Positions 62,270-64,000 of a stretch of DNA of 64,000 nucleotides are shown piece by piece. A program made the translations under genes and the position numbers. The stretch's first letter is position 1, and each line of letters begins with the position of its first letter. Below the pieces are notes generated by a model. The model was not told the origin of the DNA, searched no databases, and saw nothing but the letters and a program-made list of their open reading frames with translations. The DNA comes from a bacterium (GTDB lineage: Bacteria; SZUA-182; DTGQ01; JAFGSM01): NCBI GenBank assembly GCA_049472315.1, contig JBLIRN010000001.1, positions 32,001 to 96,000 on the forward strand. Reading direction: 5' to 3'.

Positions 62270-62905
62270 CTATTTTGCGCCTGATATAAGCTTGGATTTT
62301 CCGGTGGGTGAAGGCTCCATGGTCACCTCGCTAAAAAACCGTTCGATGAACGGGGTCTCATCCTCTGCAAATCGCCGGTTCTCCGGAGATCCCATGGACA
62401 TAAGGCGTATATAGTAGAGAAATCTGATGAGCGGGGCAGTGGGTTTGCAATGTTCCATCATGAAAAAGCGACCCCCGTCGGCGAGGACCCTGCGGACCTC
62501 CCTGATGGCATTCGTCCTGGCATCCGAGGGGAGTTCGTACATGGCATGCGAGCAGGTGACGCATCCGAAGGCGCCGGTTCGAAAGGGCATGGCCGCTGCA
62601 TCCCCCACTACGAGAAACATCCTGGGAAGTCCCCTTTCCCGGGCCTTCTGGGATGCCTTGCGCAGCATCCCGAATGAAAAATCAAGGCCCACCACCATAC
62701 CCTCCGGGGCGACAGCCGCGTGGGCCGCCAGGGCCACTGATCCGGTTCCCGTACATATATCGAGCACCGTGTCCCCTCTCCCCATGCCTGTGCGCGTCAC
62801 CAGGAACTCCCGCAGGGCCGCACCCTCATCCTTGGAATGGAGCCGTATGATGAGGTCGTAGATGCGGGAGAAGAGATCGTAATAACGACGTCGCCATCTA
62901 CCCAT
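62270..62905 (-). CDS. class I SAM-dependent methyltransferase (UbiE-like)
   Basis: VLDICTGTG, GLDFS, GDAAAMPF, RVL..GG. Confidence 0.85.
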   Translation of the reverse strand: MGRWRRRYYDLFSRIYDLIIRLHSKDEGAALREFLVTRTGMGRGDTVLDICTGTGSVALAAHAAVAPEGMVVGLDFSFGMLRKASQKARERGLPRMFLVVGDAAAMPFRTGAFGCVTCSHAMYELPSDARTNAIREVRRVLADGGRFFMMEHCKPTAPLIRFLYYIRLMSMGSPENRRFAEDETPFIERFFSEVTMEPSPTGKSKLISGAK

Positions 62906-63063
62906 TACACACACCTCACACGTGCTGACCCTACTGCCGGATGTTCCTCGGGCATGTCCCTGAATTCCTGCAATCCCCAGGGGTGATCATGAAGGCTGCC
63001 ATGGGCGCATCCCGATTCGTGTGTGAATCCACTCATCGGAATGCTGAACATGGCACGCTCCGT

Positions 63064-63945
63064 CTACTGCTGAGCGGAATCTTTCTCCGGTTTGACGGGC
63101 TTCACCTCATTAGTATCCTTTTCGCTTGCTGCTTCGGGGGCATCTACAGATGGGTCCTCAACAGACTTGGAATCCGCCGGTACTTCCGTGGAACCAACAA
63201 GATGATCATCATGAATTATTAATGCGTCCTGAACCGGCTTAAAGCCGGCAGGGATTTCAAATGTCTCCGAAGGTATCTCCATCTTCTTTATCTCCAGGAC
63301 CTTGGATGCCATGCTGATCTCCTTGTCACTAACCTTCATGGTGAGCACGGTTTCGATGGGATATCCCTCGTATTTCGACAATTCCTCGGTAAGCCTCACC
63401 TGGTCGGGGCCGAAGTAATGGGCGATCTTTTTTCTCAGGGCAAAGGGGATGTCCACCTGCTTTGTCAGCCAGTACTCCGTGGTCAGGGAAACCTCCTGAT
63501 TCGAGGTGTGCACCGTAACCCCATAGCAGTCCCATTCGCCGCACTTCTTCTCCTTTTTCATCATCTCGCTTTTCAACTCACCTTTTCCATAAAGGTCCTT
63601 CAACCCCTCAGGAAATTCGAGCGTCTTGTACGTCTTCGCTTGGGTATCGAGCTGATAGAGCTTACCGGTGTCCATATGAACCAACAGGACGCGGTCATTC
63701 TCCTGGGAATTTTCGATCCTTACCTTGTCCTCGGTTATCCATATCCTATTTTGCCATGATATGGCAGTGGCGTTTTTGGGGTCCAATACGGTCTCATTAT
63801 CCTTGACCACCATATACCCTTCCACCCCTGCGAGACAGCGAGAAGGAAACAGGAGACACAGAACCGTGAGCAGGCATATACAGCCATACTCCGCGCAGCC
63901 CCCCCTTTTTTCCAACACCTTTTTTCCTCTCCAATACGCATGCAT
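63064..63945 (-). CDS. DUF4412-like exported protein
   Basis: Hydrophobic leader, beta-rich body, EYWLTK, FEIPAGF; start uncertain. Confidence 0.65.
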   Translation of the reverse strand: MHAYWRGKKVLEKRGGCAEYGCICLLTVLCLLFPSRCLAGVEGYMVVKDNETVLDPKNATAISWQNRIWITEDKVRIENSQENDRVLLVHMDTGKLYQLDTQAKTYKTLEFPEGLKDLYGKGELKSEMMKKEKKCGEWDCYGVTVHTSNQEVSLTTEYWLTKQVDIPFALRKKIAHYFGPDQVRLTEELSKYEGYPIETVLTMKVSDKEISMASKVLEIKKMEIPSETFEIPAGFKPVQDALIIHDDHLVGSTEVPADSKSVEDPSVDAPEAASEKDTNEVKPVKPEKDSAQQ

Positions 63946-64000
63946 CTATAGACCTCCTTTGCCATTAACGCCGGTGCACCGTGAACAGCGCGTCCCGTTG

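Overview
GC-rich bacterial chromosome segment; gene content (spd-type EF-G, gspCDEF, sigma54 motifs) suggests a deltaproteobacteria-like lineage, which is inference. A housekeeping backbone (ispG-queD-rpsO-pnp-M16 peptidase-dut-MBL-purB; purSQLF; msbA-hldE-pheA; gspCDEF; fusA, ychF) is interrupted by two accessory blocks. Block 1 (8.7-24.4 kb, between purB and purS) encodes a ~2350-aa NLR/Avs-like protein (metallophosphoesterase + STAND-like P-loop + 29 tandem 42-aa TPR-like repeats), just downstream of a receiver-domain class III cyclase with guanylate-cyclase-type specificity residues. Block 2 (29.5-41.55 kb, between purF and msbA) is an AT-rich chromosomal integron: intact-looking intI, attI, about 7-8 minus-strand cassettes and mostly damaged attC sites. 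The array is split by an inverted 4.8-kb RecQ-UvrD double-helicase gene. The most striking hidden element is an 861-nt ORF-less group II intron (38353-39213, minus strand). It sits in the L'' box of an attC site, in the same orientation as the cassettes, and has non-canonical termini (5'-UCGCG...GGA-3') and an AAC catalytic triad. No tRNA, rRNA or CRISPR array was seen.
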